A stretch of 58,116 nucleotides of DNA, counting the filler, from Sphacelaria rigidula (lineage: Eukaryota), in the NCBI GenBank assembly GCA_964200075.2. It is 8 parts of 8 records of this genome, joined end to end, with 100 filler letters (N's around TTAATTAATTAA, not from the genome) between each part and the next. Parts side by side here need not be neighbours in the genome. Positions count along the whole stretch, not along the records: positions 7,278 to 14,454 come from CAXNAA020016120.1; positions 14,555 to 21,731 come from CAXNAA020016121.1; positions 21,832 to 29,008 come from CAXNAA020016122.1; 5 more parts are not named here. One strand, 5' to 3'. The notes under the pieces are model-generated. The model was not told the origin of the DNA. It saw only the letters and a list, made by a program, of their open reading frames with translations, and ran no database searches. The translations under genes and the position numbers were made by a program. Below are positions 13,135 through 24,800 of this stretch, piece by piece (the stretch's first letter is position 1; each line of letters opens with the position of its first letter).

Positions 13135-14291
13135 GTACGTTGGGCCGGCTGTGTATCCTTGTAGTTTTGCGGTCTCCGACTTTCGAGCTTCATTAGTTAC
13201 TCTTGTCTACTTCGGAGCCTACAGTTGGGGGGAGAAGAACTCCCGGGGGGCAAGGGAGAGGAGAGGGGGGGGGGTCTCGCAGGGGAGAAGGAGGCGAACT
13301 CTGCAAGTACAGTGTCTGTGCACTTTTGCAAAGTGAAGAGTGATATTTCGAGAAGTTTCCAGAGATTTCATTGTTCCACCACAGATTACCGTGTTTTTGT
13401 ATCCTGCAGTATTGTGCCCGACGTTTTCGTCGCGGATTGTTTTGTCTCGAACGTTTCAATCTTCAACTACACAACAATCACACGCACCTTTCATGATGAC
13501 CCTTGCACGAGGTTTGACTGTTACTGTAAGGGTAGTCGATCCCTTTCCCCACAACACTGTGATCTGGGCCCTGGGTGATTTCGCTGCTTCCGCACGTACC
13601 CCTTGTCCATACAGGGGAGGGTGCGGGGGGGGGGTTGTCGCTAAATGTCCTCATGGAGATACGTTCGCACATGCATATAAGTAGATCATCGTTTTCCCGT
13701 TCAACTTAACCCCAGGCGCACTCTTGATGCAACAACGAGAAGGTGTGCCCCTGGATAACAACATGCACACAACGTACACAACAGATCACCTGAGAAACCG
13801 GCGAGTAAAACACCGCTGTAAACCCGGCTAGACAGTACTCGCAGGCTATCTGGTAAGTGTGTTAGCCTAGTCTCAGACGGTAGTCTTTGCTTCTCATGCA
13901 TATAAACATATATCCGCGCTCACCAAGGTTGAATTTGGCCGGAACACGTGGACTTCAATCTCGACTGATGTGAACATGTATATTGTTATTTCTATCAAGT
14001 ATTTGTTCCAGTCCGCAATCGCGTAGATGTGAATACTGTTAACAACTAGAAATCCGATACATGCCGACAGGCTGCAGGCGCTGGTGATTCAATTCTCGAC
14101 GAGTCCGTATGAGCGTTATGTGGGAAAACACCAGTTCACCGAATCCGCTATCCGTGTGCTCTTCCTGACTCCTGCAGCTAGTGTAGCCGCTTGCAAAGGG
14201 CTTCTGTGTGGTTTTATGGTAGGTTTCTGCCGATGCCCCAAATGTTTCTGTAAGGTCAGGGGGAGGTAGTGGGGGGCGGGGGCGCGAGGGG

Positions 14292-14358
14292 CGTACTTAT
14301 TTGTTGCTTCCCTTAGTCGTTTGGCCATTGATCACGCATCCCTTTCGAGACGGAGCAT
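14292..14358 (-). mobile_element. Short poly(C)-site insertion (67 bp)
   Basis: Minus strand ATGCTCCGTCTCGAAAGGGATGCG...AAATAAGTACG flanked by CCCCTGCG / CCCCTCGCG; homologous to 46313-46380. Confidence 0.65.
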
Positions 14359-14662
14359 CGCAGGGGGGGGGGGGGGGGGGGGGTACTCAGGATATTCAAT
14401 GCTCATTTCAAAAGACCATCAACGTCTCAACCTAACAAAACTGGGCGGGACGACNNNNNNNNNNNNNNNNNNNNNNNNNNNNNNNNNNNNNNNNNNNNTT
14501 AATTAATTAANNNNNNNNNNNNNNNNNNNNNNNNNNNNNNNNNNNNNNNNNNNNCCTGTACAAACTGGCTTGTCGATAGGACTCGGGGCTGGTCGTTATG
14601 GGGCCAATCCCCTGTCAAAAGGGGACTGTGAAAAAGGGGAAAATCCCCTTCGTTAAGACAGG

Positions 14663-14880
14663 CCCTAACCCTAACCTCAACCCCAACCTGAGGCATACCG
14701 AGAACCCTTGGGGATGGGCGCGTGCAAAAGATGGCCTAGGCAAAGTGTGCAGCCTAAAATTGGCGCCTGTACAGGCACCGATATGGACGGAAACGCGTTC
14801 AGCGTACGCTCGGAGCACTTCGGACTGTCAGCCACAACCAAATATTCGAGCATCGGTTCACGCTCAAATCCGGTAACTTC
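14663..14880 (+). repeat. Dispersed repeat with a CCCTAA-like head (other copies ~20024-20130 +, ~21180-21381 -)
   Basis: Shared ACCGAGAACCC...AGGCARA...CGCTCGGAG...GGACTGTCAGCC...TTCACGCTCAAATC blocks following degenerate CCCTAA repeats. Confidence 0.6.
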
Positions 14881-15085
14881 GACTGAATGACTTTGATTGG
14901 TTGACCGTTTCTGATCCCCACAGGTTCAGCCGTGCGGTGCAATTACTTGATACTAGTATTGGGAATCGAAGTGTGCTGGGAAAATACCTTTCTTGGTGTA
15001 AAGTGCTTCTTGTCAAGTCAACCATAGATAGATCTGAACGTTGCTTCGACACCTAACGATTATTCACTCATACAATGATTACTTG

Positions 15086-15582
15086 CAACGTTGTGCTCTG
15101 TAGGCTACCGTATTCTGTATACCCGGGGTATTTCCCCGGGCAGTTACCGTACCCGACCGTTCTGTGACCTCTGTAAGCCTCCCGTACCGTTACCGAGAGG
15201 CATGAGTTTGATCTAGATAAGACACCCGGTGTCGGGTACGGTTTTCTGTGCAACCTTCTCACCCTACCCGACAGTTTCTGTGAGTTCTGTTAGCCTCCTT
15301 TACCCTTACCCGACAGTTCTGCGAGTTCTGTATAGAATGTTCATCTGTACCTGGACCGCGGGTATGCTCTTGAAGAAATACCCGATCGCTGGTACGGTTT
15401 TTCTGCAAGCCTCTCATACCGTACCCGACAAGTTCTGCAAATTTTGTAAGATTTCCAAACCGGTACCCAACAGCTCTGTAATTTCTGTAGAACTTCCACA
15501 CCGGTACCCGATACTTCTTCAAGTTCTGTAGGGAATCTCATACCCTAGAGAACATACCCGTACCCTAAAGGATACAACCTTG
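15086..15582. mobile_element. hAT-like non-autonomous element with internal ~41-bp minisatellite
   Basis: Termini CAACGTTGT / ACAACCTTG; 8-bp TSD ATTACTTG / GTCACTTG (6/8); repeated CCGTACCCGAC..TTCTG..TTCTGT units. Confidence 0.6.
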
Positions 15583-15610
15583 GTCACTTGTCTACAGCGA
15601 CGTCATTTAA

Positions 15611-15710
15611 CCCTTTGACCGCAAAGGTAGGTCACCTGCTAATCGGCATCAATTTCCCTAGAAAAGAGTATGAGTAATCCAGATGGACTACCCGCATCGC
15701 GGTCCAAGGG
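15611..15710. mobile_element. 100-bp piggyBac-like MITE, copy 1
   Basis: TTAA|CCCTTTGACCGC...GCGGTCCAAGGG|TTCA; second copy at 47966-48062. Confidence 0.7.
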
Positions 15711-16080
15711 TTCATCTATTTGTCAACCCACACCCCCTCTTCAGAACGAATATGATTTTAGACCCTCATGGAAAGGTCACCACTCTTGTGCCTACGTAGG
15801 CCGTGTCTTACAGACAGTGTTGGTGTTGAAAACGTGCGGTGGAATCAGATTCGCTCGTATCTAGTAAATCAGCGTCATTTTTTTCCAAGATGGCTGAGAA
15901 CAAAAAACTGTGGGCATATCAAGTACGAGCGAATTCGATTCCACCGCGAGGCTTCACCACCATTTTCATATCTATAAGACGGCCCTACTAGACCCTGTCC
16001 TATTGAGACAAGAAGCTATGAATAAGATTGGCGAGAACGATAATGATAATGACCAACATCCCATGCGTGGCAACCATTTC

Positions 16081-16337
16081 AAGGGTCGGACGAATCAATA
16101 ATTCGTATAGAGTTTACTTGACTTTAGTGTGATTGATTCGTACTGCACGAATCAATCCTTGGGCTTTGTTTTCAGCGTTGCAACCCAGGTGCGCGTAGCC
16201 CAGGCACGCGAAATGGCGCAAAAATTGGGTGGAGACCTGTTTGACCAGCGGTCGACTTTTTTTCTCTTTATTGGGCAATCAGGCCTGAAAGATCGTGGAG
16301 TGATGATTGAAACCGGCGATGATTCGTCCGAGCCGTC
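16081..16337. mobile_element. Mutator-like MITE, copy 2
   Basis: TIR GGGTCGGACGAATCA / TGATTCGTCCGAGCC; 9-bp TSD AACCATTTC / AACCATTTT; homologous to 526-771. Confidence 0.75.
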
Positions 16338-17049
16338 AACCATTTTACGTTTTCTCTGGCATTTTCATCAAACCATTCCTCCGTTCTCACGAAAAATGAT
16401 GAAAACAATTATCAGAAATGGATCATGAGAATGCGAATGCGAAAGATAAAAGTGAAATGGTTGACACATGTGGGCTGTTCGTCATCATCATCATTATCCA
16501 TCATTCTTACCATTCCATCCTCATTCATTGTCTCGAAAGACTTCCTACAATTTCATCATCACTGTACTGTTTGTCTCAAGTTGTTAGCCGGTTCTGCTCT
16601 TCATACTCTTCACCTATTTTCACCCATTTTCATCCATACTTCATCGTAAAATGGATGGAAATGAGTTGTATGCACAGATACACCAACTGAAACCACTAGC
16701 TGACAGTTTTCAGACAGTGCGGTAGCGTACACTCGTAGCAGCACTGCAGGCAAGTAGGTAGCTATTGGATTGTTCCTGCTCTTCACTTCGAAAGTGCGTA
16801 TGTCTGCAAACGATGACCACCGTGCGTGGCCTCAACAGCCCTAACACCGCTGCCGGGGCACACACCGTCTGAGGAGACAGATACCACCAACCTGCGGTGC
16901 TTTTTACTCTACGACACAGCCCAGGGTCACTAGCAAGGGTTATGATGATCCTCGCATGCTTGCGAGCGCCACGGCGTCCGTCAAGAGCAGCTCTGCGGTC
17001 CACAATATTTGGCGTTCGCCGAACGTGAAGGCTTGGCGAAAAAATCTAG

Positions 17050-17697
17050 CCGCTTCATTTTCGGAGAACGCCAGGCACCAAGTGCGGCAACGCCTAAAAT
17101 CTTGGCGATCTCCTCAAAAACTGTGTCGATAATAACGGCCCCGACGTGAAGATTTTGCCTCCCGGAACCAGGCACTTTTTTAGGGGGGGGGGAAGCTATC
17201 GTAAAAAGTGTCCGTGGATAGTCAAAACAATAATAACGGATTACCCATCTTCGGCGCAAATTAGCGATAGCTGAATATATATGCTTGGTTTTGACCCGGG
17301 CTATCATATTCGGATCTTCATAGGGCTCACGGCGCCAGCGCGAGGTTCATTTACCACTTGGTAGAGCGAAGAACTTTTTTGGCAATTCATGATCGCTAAT
17401 ACCTGGGGAAAACCTCATCCGCCTGGGCTAAATGTGCAATATCGACAGCTGTCACGACAGCCTGCCGCGAACTGATATATTTACTTCGGCGGTTCTCAGC
17501 CACCATGACTCATGCAACGAATAAATAGTTTAAAAGACATCATCTACGATAGCCCCCCCCCAAAAAGTGCATGGTTTTCGGAGGCAAAATCTTCACGTAA
17601 ATCGAAATGGGAAAAGCCGAGCACAACGAGCAGCTGGGAATTCTCACTACTGGGTTCGTTCTAGCCCGTATTGCCAATATGAGGCGCTTCATGCAGT
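17050..17697. mobile_element. Two partial, oppositely oriented copies of the GACACT-TIR MITE (~17050-17212 and 17536-17697)
   Basis: GCTATCGTAAAAAGTGTC end at 17212; GACATCATCTACGATAGCCCC start at 17536 with body closely matching 54792-54955. Confidence 0.7.
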
Positions 17698-18130
17698 CGA
17701 AGAAATCCTTGATTTATTTCACATCATTTGATCATGTGACAGAGAACGACCACGTCTTTCTTTGCTTTGATTTGCCTTTTTCTCTTCTCTTCATTAATTT
17801 CTGGGGGGGGGGGGGTTCACGTCTCAGTCTACTATGTTCTTCTGTTCTACTTTTTCTGTTCGTTCTTCAGCGAGTGTTTCAGGTTTATTTTGTCTTTGGC
17901 ACGTATATCTTATGGATAATGACCACGGCTGGATCCCTGGGAGGTCAGCTAAAGTGCGACAATCGATCAATCAAATACTAAAAAAATCCTCGTGAAAGTT
18001 TTCTTGAGGGAGAGCGGCTAAACATGTGCACGAGTAGAGGAGGGGTTAACTTGACACCTCAAGTTTCGTGTACACGATCCTGATTGGTCTACAACTGGGG
18101 AAAAATGCTGGCGGTCCCACTGTCTGACAC

Positions 18131-18330
18131 CACTGAGGGCTTGTCTTAGCACATTAGTTTTCGATCGAAATTGTGCGGTGGAAAGCAAAAATCCCGATCT
18201 GATAGGTCATGATTTCAACTATATTCAAAATTAACGACGATGGTTGTAATCATGACCTATCAGATCGGGGTTTTTGCTTTCCACCGCACAATTTCGATCG
18301 AAAACTAATGTGCTAGACAGGCCCTGAGTG
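18131..18330. repeat. Near-perfect 200-bp hairpin
   Basis: Arms ~18131-18219 and 18243-18330 with only a few mismatches; ~23-nt loop; no TSD found. Confidence 0.9.
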
Positions 18331-18804
18331 TCTCCGGCGCAAATAGAGCGAACAACTGCGAAAAAAGGAACACAGGAAGTACATTCCTCGCAACCGTGTA
18401 GCCAACCTCAAGTACATCGCGTGTTCTGATGGGCCATTCAGGCACCCTCTCTCATCGTTCTACACCATAATATCCCGGGGGGTTTTTTAAGCCTACTGTG
18501 GCGCGCGTACCATGTAACCGATATTTTTTCCCCTCGTTATCTTATGTTTTATTCTTCGAGCCGTACATGTATGATCGCGCACTAGACATGAGGTTGAATC
18601 AACGAGAAAGAATTGGCCCAGATTTTTGAGCAGATGGGCGCCTTCCCCTTGATTAGAAGATTAATACGGTATGCGGATCACGGCCCAACTCGTCTGTGTC
18701 GTTGAGATATCGCTTTGAGAGCTTAAATCCGTTTTGAGGCTGGCCCAGCTCGTACAATCACGCGAGACTAATTCTTGTATTAAATGAAAATCACACTTGC
18801 AACC

Positions 18805-19126
18805 TCTCCCCTTCCTCGGGACGAACGAGTACGTCGTCTCAAGGGACCAATGAACCCATCTCTCCCATGGTATGGTACACGCCATCACATTTTGGTAGCT
18901 AGGATTGGATCATGACTACTCTCGCACCGCGTCCACGGCAAGTTTCGTCAAGCAAACTTAGTCCAACAAACTTTTGTTCCTTCTCACGTACGTCCTCACG
19001 CCTTTGGCGACGCAAGTCAGATACTATACTTCGAAGGACAAAAAATCAATCTGGTAGGAGTCGAACCCCCATTCTTTCCACCCTAATGATCTCAGTTGGA
19101 TCATGACCAATACACCACCGGGGCGC
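18805..19126 (-). mobile_element. tRNA-derived SINE, copy 2
   Basis: A-box-like TGGTGTATTGG and perfect B box GGTTCGACTCC on the minus strand; body matches 12380-12600. Confidence 0.7.
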
Positions 19127-19509
19127 GGATTAAGACCTATAACGTTGGGCCGGGATTTGCAAAAGGACTCGCGTCAACATTCGGCATCACCCCCACTTTT
19201 TATTTCAACCGAGATACGACCAACGCAGTGACTCCCATGGATATGAAAAACATGGGACGTGAGTCGACGAAAAAAAACATTAAAAAAAGAACTGAATGGA
19301 TGGTGGTGGGGGGAGGGTGACGGCAAGTACGACGGCGATTTCATTTCAAGTCACGTGTGGAAAAAATCGCACCCTGGGCAACATAACATCAGTAGTTGCC
19401 ATGTAGGAGAAAAGTATACTCGTACTATGCTTGTATAAGTATCGGCCTCTTGCAGCAATAGGTCATTCGCCGATACTGTGCGCAGTATATTTGCCCCCTG
19501 TTCCAACTA

Positions 19510-19686
19510 CAGGCTGTTTCACGCTCATTACCCAAAAATTGTGTCATCATCACCAAATGTCTTCCGCAATGCCTACCCAATAGTCGCATACATGGTGTCA
19601 CATTGACCGCGATAGACGAACGAAGAGGGTAACATCGCCAGATTCTTGTTTAGGGCCTCAGCGATGGCGCGAAGGGCGACGAAGTG
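19510..19686 (+). repeat. Dispersed repeat, 3 copies (also 50668-50839 + and ~34490-34570 -)
   Basis: Shared CAGGYTGKTTYACG...ATTGTGTCATCA...CGCAAT...ACCCAAYAGTCGCATA with a common sharp left boundary. Confidence 0.7.
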
Positions 19687-20547
19687 CCTCGACCAATCAG
19701 CGTCCTTCCATTTGTTATGAAAATCTCAACTAGGCTTCTACTTATTATGCTATTATAGAACAGTTTTACTTGATAGCGACCCCACATTATTTTCAAGATA
19801 AACGAATTCTTCAAAAATGTCCACATGCTTCAAATCGTAGTAACCGCCATCAGCTCAGGAATTTCACGCAAAACACAGATCCGAAAGCGGTTAGTACTTG
19901 GGTGATGTGATGTCGGATTTTGGCGTCATCGGATCTCCTCCTGACGTTTTGCCGTATCCGTCATACGAAGGGGCCACCTGTAGCTTTGGGCGATTTTTTT
20001 TTTCGCGAACGAACAAACACCAGCACTAACCCTAACCCCGACCCGAGGCGTACGAAACCCTCGGGAAAGGGGGGTGCACAGGTTCCCCTAGGCAAAGCGT
20101 GCGCTGGCAGACCTCATATCGACGCCGCAGGCGGCCACTTGAACAAAAACACATTCTGGACGAGCTGGGTCTGCTGCTCACCTGCCCCAAACCATAAAAG
20201 TTCTCAGAACTTTCTCCCCTCCAACACCAAGTACTCATCATGTCAACCATAGATTTTCACCCAAGGCTGTAAGTCTACCGCGTAGAAAGCTCGGATCGCC
20301 CTCGTACCTAGCAGTTTCGTGGGTATTGTTGCTCCGAATGAGGAAAAACGTGCCGAAAAAATACTTCAAAGGTTTCTCCGCCCTTCACCGGCTTCCGGGG
20401 GTCTTCACGCTGGGACCCTCGGAAGTCGGTAAATAGTGCCTCGGAATAAAAAACTGAAACATATTTCCCGATCAGCCCAAGGGACATTTATCTTCACACA
20501 GTTTAGTTGCGGAACTCGAAAACCTGATGCAGCTTTTCCCGCACTAA

Positions 20548-20676
20548 CCCTCTTGAGACCAGAGTGGACTGGCTGGGGTGAGGGGTGAAGGCCCCTGGTG
20601 ATTCGGCATCACAAACGAACCCTGCGTACAGACCAGGTCGTCACTCGTGGTGAGTCATAATCTGGTCCTAAAAGGG
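20548..20676. mobile_element. Possible piggyBac-like MITE, second family
   Basis: CTAA|CCCTCTTGAGACCAGA...TCTGGTCCTAAAAGGG|TCAA (degenerate TTAA flanks). Confidence 0.4.
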
Positions 20677-21831
20677 TCAACGTAGAACATGTTGTACCCG
20701 AAGAAAGACGTTTTCGTAGTAAAATCAAGTAGATCGGGGTTAGCAGGTTCCAAGGTCACCGTCTCTTACAAAAGCGCAAGTGTTCACGCCGATTTGTGAA
20801 CTGAGGTTCTGAAACTTCGCACACAATCCATGGTACATTACGTAATGTATCGACCTTTTGCTTCTTTCCGTCAGTCATCGGGGGTCCTAGAACGGCATGT
20901 GGCTTCCCAGGACCCTGGGAGCCCGGATAACTGAAAATAATATTTTCAAGACCCCGTCGACACAAAGTTCCGTAATTCTTCATAGTATATGCGAAGAATT
21001 TTCAGAGTCAAACTGCAAGAATCGGCGTGAACATTTGGAGATGAGTAAATTTTGGGTAATGGCAGTCAACCAGCTTGTTTTGATGTTCTACTAAATACTG
21101 TTTAGGGTTTACAGACTTTCCGAAAAATACCATCACTTAGTCGATCAGAACTTTCCCTGAACGTTGGTACGGTACTTGATTTGAGCGTGAAAGCCGAGAT
21201 TCGGATCTTCAGGGCGGCTGACAGTCCCGAACACTCCGAGCGTGCGCAGAATGCGCTTTCGTCCAAATCGGCGTCACAGGTGCGGATTTGATGTCCGCCA
21301 ACGCAAATTCTGCCTGGAACACCCTCTGCATTCCCCTCGCTCGGGGGTTCTCGGTGTTTGGGGTCAGCGCCAGGGTTAGCCTTATACAGTTCGAAACCAT
21401 ACATTTGTATGAAAGTTCTCTATCGACCAAGTGGTAATACAGTACGCATCAGCATTCAAGAATTTGGCAGTCAAGAATTTGACGCTGAGATTTTCGGCAT
21501 TTCAAGAATTTACAGGTAAAGCATGTGTGCTGACCTCGGTGAGAAATTGGAATCAACTCTTGGACGACGAGCGTCGCCTCGGAAAAGTTGTACAGGCTGA
21601 CAGTTCCGAGACATCCGGGGGTTTCCAGAGCTCGGGGGGGGGGGGGGGGGGCTTTCCGGGGGGCATCGGGGAAGCTCACGGAATCAACCACGTGTGTTTG
21701 GACGTTTCCCGGGGAAAATTATGAGCCGTGCNNNNNNNNNNNNNNNNNNNNNNNNNNNNNNNNNNNNNNNNNNNNTTAATTAATTAANNNNNNNNNNNNN
21801 NNNNNNNNNNNNNNNNNNNNNNNNNNNNNNN

Positions 21832-24800
21832 TCCCTCGAGAGCATCGAGCGCTTCATTCGCGACAAGGTGACACCCCTTTACGGCAACACGCACACCACC
21901 ACGTCCACAACTGGGGCGCAAACGACGGCATTCCGGGAGGAGGCCAGGGAAATCATCGCCGAGTCCGTCAACGCCAAGGTGAGCAAATTTTGAGACCGGG
22001 CGGAAATTTAATCAATCGATCAATCAAGCGAAGGGGACCTTTTTGTCTGGTGCTCTTACGTATTCTACGTTCGCGCATCTTCCCGATGCCCTCGTCACTC
22101 GTAGGGGCGGTGCATATCGTCAGCCAAGTTTTCGCTCCCCGATGACCTCTCCGAGCAGAATCGCTTCAGCCAATTACTCAAGTCATCTTACAGGACGCGC
22201 ATTATCCAAAAGTAGGCTAATACTTATGAGACTCAAGCATGTCGGACCTTGTCCTCGATGGTTCATGTACCCCGCCGTGTCTGAAATCTCTGGAGCAGTG
22301 CGAAGGAGGCCCCGATGACGACGTGGTTCTTTTCACGGGCTCGGGTACGACGGCAGCGATTGCCAAGGTCATCTCTGCCCTGTCGCTGGACAAGAAGCAG
22401 CACTCGTTTGGTGTGAAAAAAGGAAGCAGGTGTGCTCACGGCCAAGTCTCTCGTGAAGTAGTATCTGTCGAGCAATGAATACTCAAGGTCATGTGAGTAG
22501 GCGTAGGGCAGGTCTAAGCATATCTTACACAGGTGACCAGAGGGGGTATCTCGAGGCAAATGTTGCAACGTTCCGCTCTGTGGTGGGCTGTCCGTATGTA
22601 TATACCGTATCGGAACATTACCGTAAGGTAGTGTCAAGTGCGTATTTAGCATCAACAACTAGCATGAACACCCGATTTCAACAAGGCATGAGACGCAACA
22701 GCATTCGCTTCAATGCACCGCTTGTGCCACCAAGGTAGGTGCAGAGCCCTTCCCGCTGAACGCTGCGCTCCACCGTGACATACGAATGCGCAAACATACG
22801 CGACGCTATATCGTCCGGTATACCATGAGATCGGAAGGCGTTCATTACCATGCCTTCACAGTCTCGTAGATCTCGCATTCGCTGGATTGGGGGAAAAACA
22901 AAAAACGGTATTTTTACGGGACTGTAAGGCTGCAGGTCTGATCAGGCTTGATCAGACCGTGTACCGGTTTAATAAACAGAGTGCAGCTGCCCGTGCATGA
23001 CCACCACGTCACTTACTCATCCGCCATTCGAGCAAGCCTCAACTCAGCTACACAGTCCGGTGAGACGATTGAGAGAGCATTGAACAGAGCGATAAGGAAT
23101 ACGGGTGAACAAGAGTCTTGTAGATCAAGCGGATATCAACCAACCTCTTGCGTGAGGTTGGTGATAATTCTTGGTATGCATGCTGATTTGTACTACGCAC
23201 GGATCCTGCTTTCCGCACGGATGGCCACTGGGGTGCCCGCAACGTCAAATCTGGACGTTACAGACCTTGTGCAACGTCTGCAACGTCCAGATTTGACGTT
23301 GCGGGCACCCCAGTGGCCATCCGTGCGGGTTGTGCACCTTCCGAGAAGCCTGTTGCTTGACTACGTCATCACAACGCACCTATGCTTTGCCCGTTGTAAT
23401 GCGTGAGAGGACCGCGTGCTTGGAGGACCGCGCCGTTCTTCAAAATACCTCAGGATCAACGTTTTTCGAAACCAGTCGGGCCAGTCCCTGCAGGTACCAC
23501 GCCCCTGACCCTAACCCCAACACCAACCCTAACCCTAACCCCAACCCTAACCCTAACCATTGGGATGTTCAAATTCCGATGCGATCCTCTAAGCACGCGG
23601 TCCTCTCACGCATTACACCGTGACTAGTGAACGTGCCACGCACATTGTATGCATAGTAATAATGTATGGTTTCTTCCGCTTGGTCTGCTCGCCCGACCTT
23701 TCGAACCCCGCTCACACAACACGTACCGATGCACCCCAGGCCGGTCGTGTTCATCGGACCCTTCGAACACCACTCGAATATTTTGCCCTGGAGGGAGAGC
23801 TGTGCGGATGTGGTGACGATCGCGGAGAGTTCCGCCGGAGGGGTCGACCTCGACGACCTGGAGAGCAAGCTCAAGGAACACTCCGGTCGAACCCTCAAGA
23901 TAGGTGCGGCGTAGTTGGGTATAGAAGTGCGTGCGTCAAAGGTGCCTCGACCCATTTTGGCTAGCCCTTGTCTGCATCGGGAGACCACGCGCGTCAGGGT
24001 ATAATGCCAATGTTTCGGAAAGCGGACTTGACTGTATTCGGGGAGATATTGACGCGATGAATGTCCGCCTTGCTTGGGTGTACACACGAGTGACGTGGCT
24101 GCCTACGAGTCTCCCGCCGTACACTACATCCATGCCAAGTGCTATAAACAAGAGCGCCTCACGCGCCATCGCATGGGATGTAGGGGCTCGTCTTGTACCG
24201 TGGGTCACGCTCGAACCAGCTGGGTTGAGTTGTGTCGCCACACTACGAAGTATGGTGCTCGACTTTTAAACCGAGGTTTGACCTCAATCGTCTCGTCGAT
24301 TACTTCGTGGTTGGTATCATTCGAGCACTGCTGTGGTCGCCACACCATCTTGCTCAGCATGTACGAGCCATGTCAAAGTACCGTGGTCAGATCATAGCTC
24401 GAATATCGGCTGCGTTGGTGTGTGTGTGTGTGCGTGTGTACATGGCGCGGCGACAACGATTTGTGTCGCGGTTGACAGGTTCTTTCGCGGCGGCATCTAA
24501 CCTAACTGGGGCACTCGAAGACACGGATGTGATCACGGAGATTCTTCACCGCCATGGCGCCCTCTCCTTTTGGGACTATGCGACTGCGGCGCCTTACGTG
24601 GAGATCGACATGAATCCGGAAGCCGCGATGGAGTTGGACAAGGTGAGACTAGGTTGCCTGGGTTTCATTCTAGAAGTACGCGCTACTCCAACCCATGACG
24701 CGGAGATTCCAGGATAGCCTGCGACAATCAATCAACCGATCATTGGGTCGAAAATGACTTGGAGCCCTTGCAATGCGTGAGAGGACCGTGCCGTAGTTCA

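Noticed and set aside
23508-23558. True chromosome end
   Set aside because: The CCCTAA units are short, degenerate and inside a TIR element in an intron.
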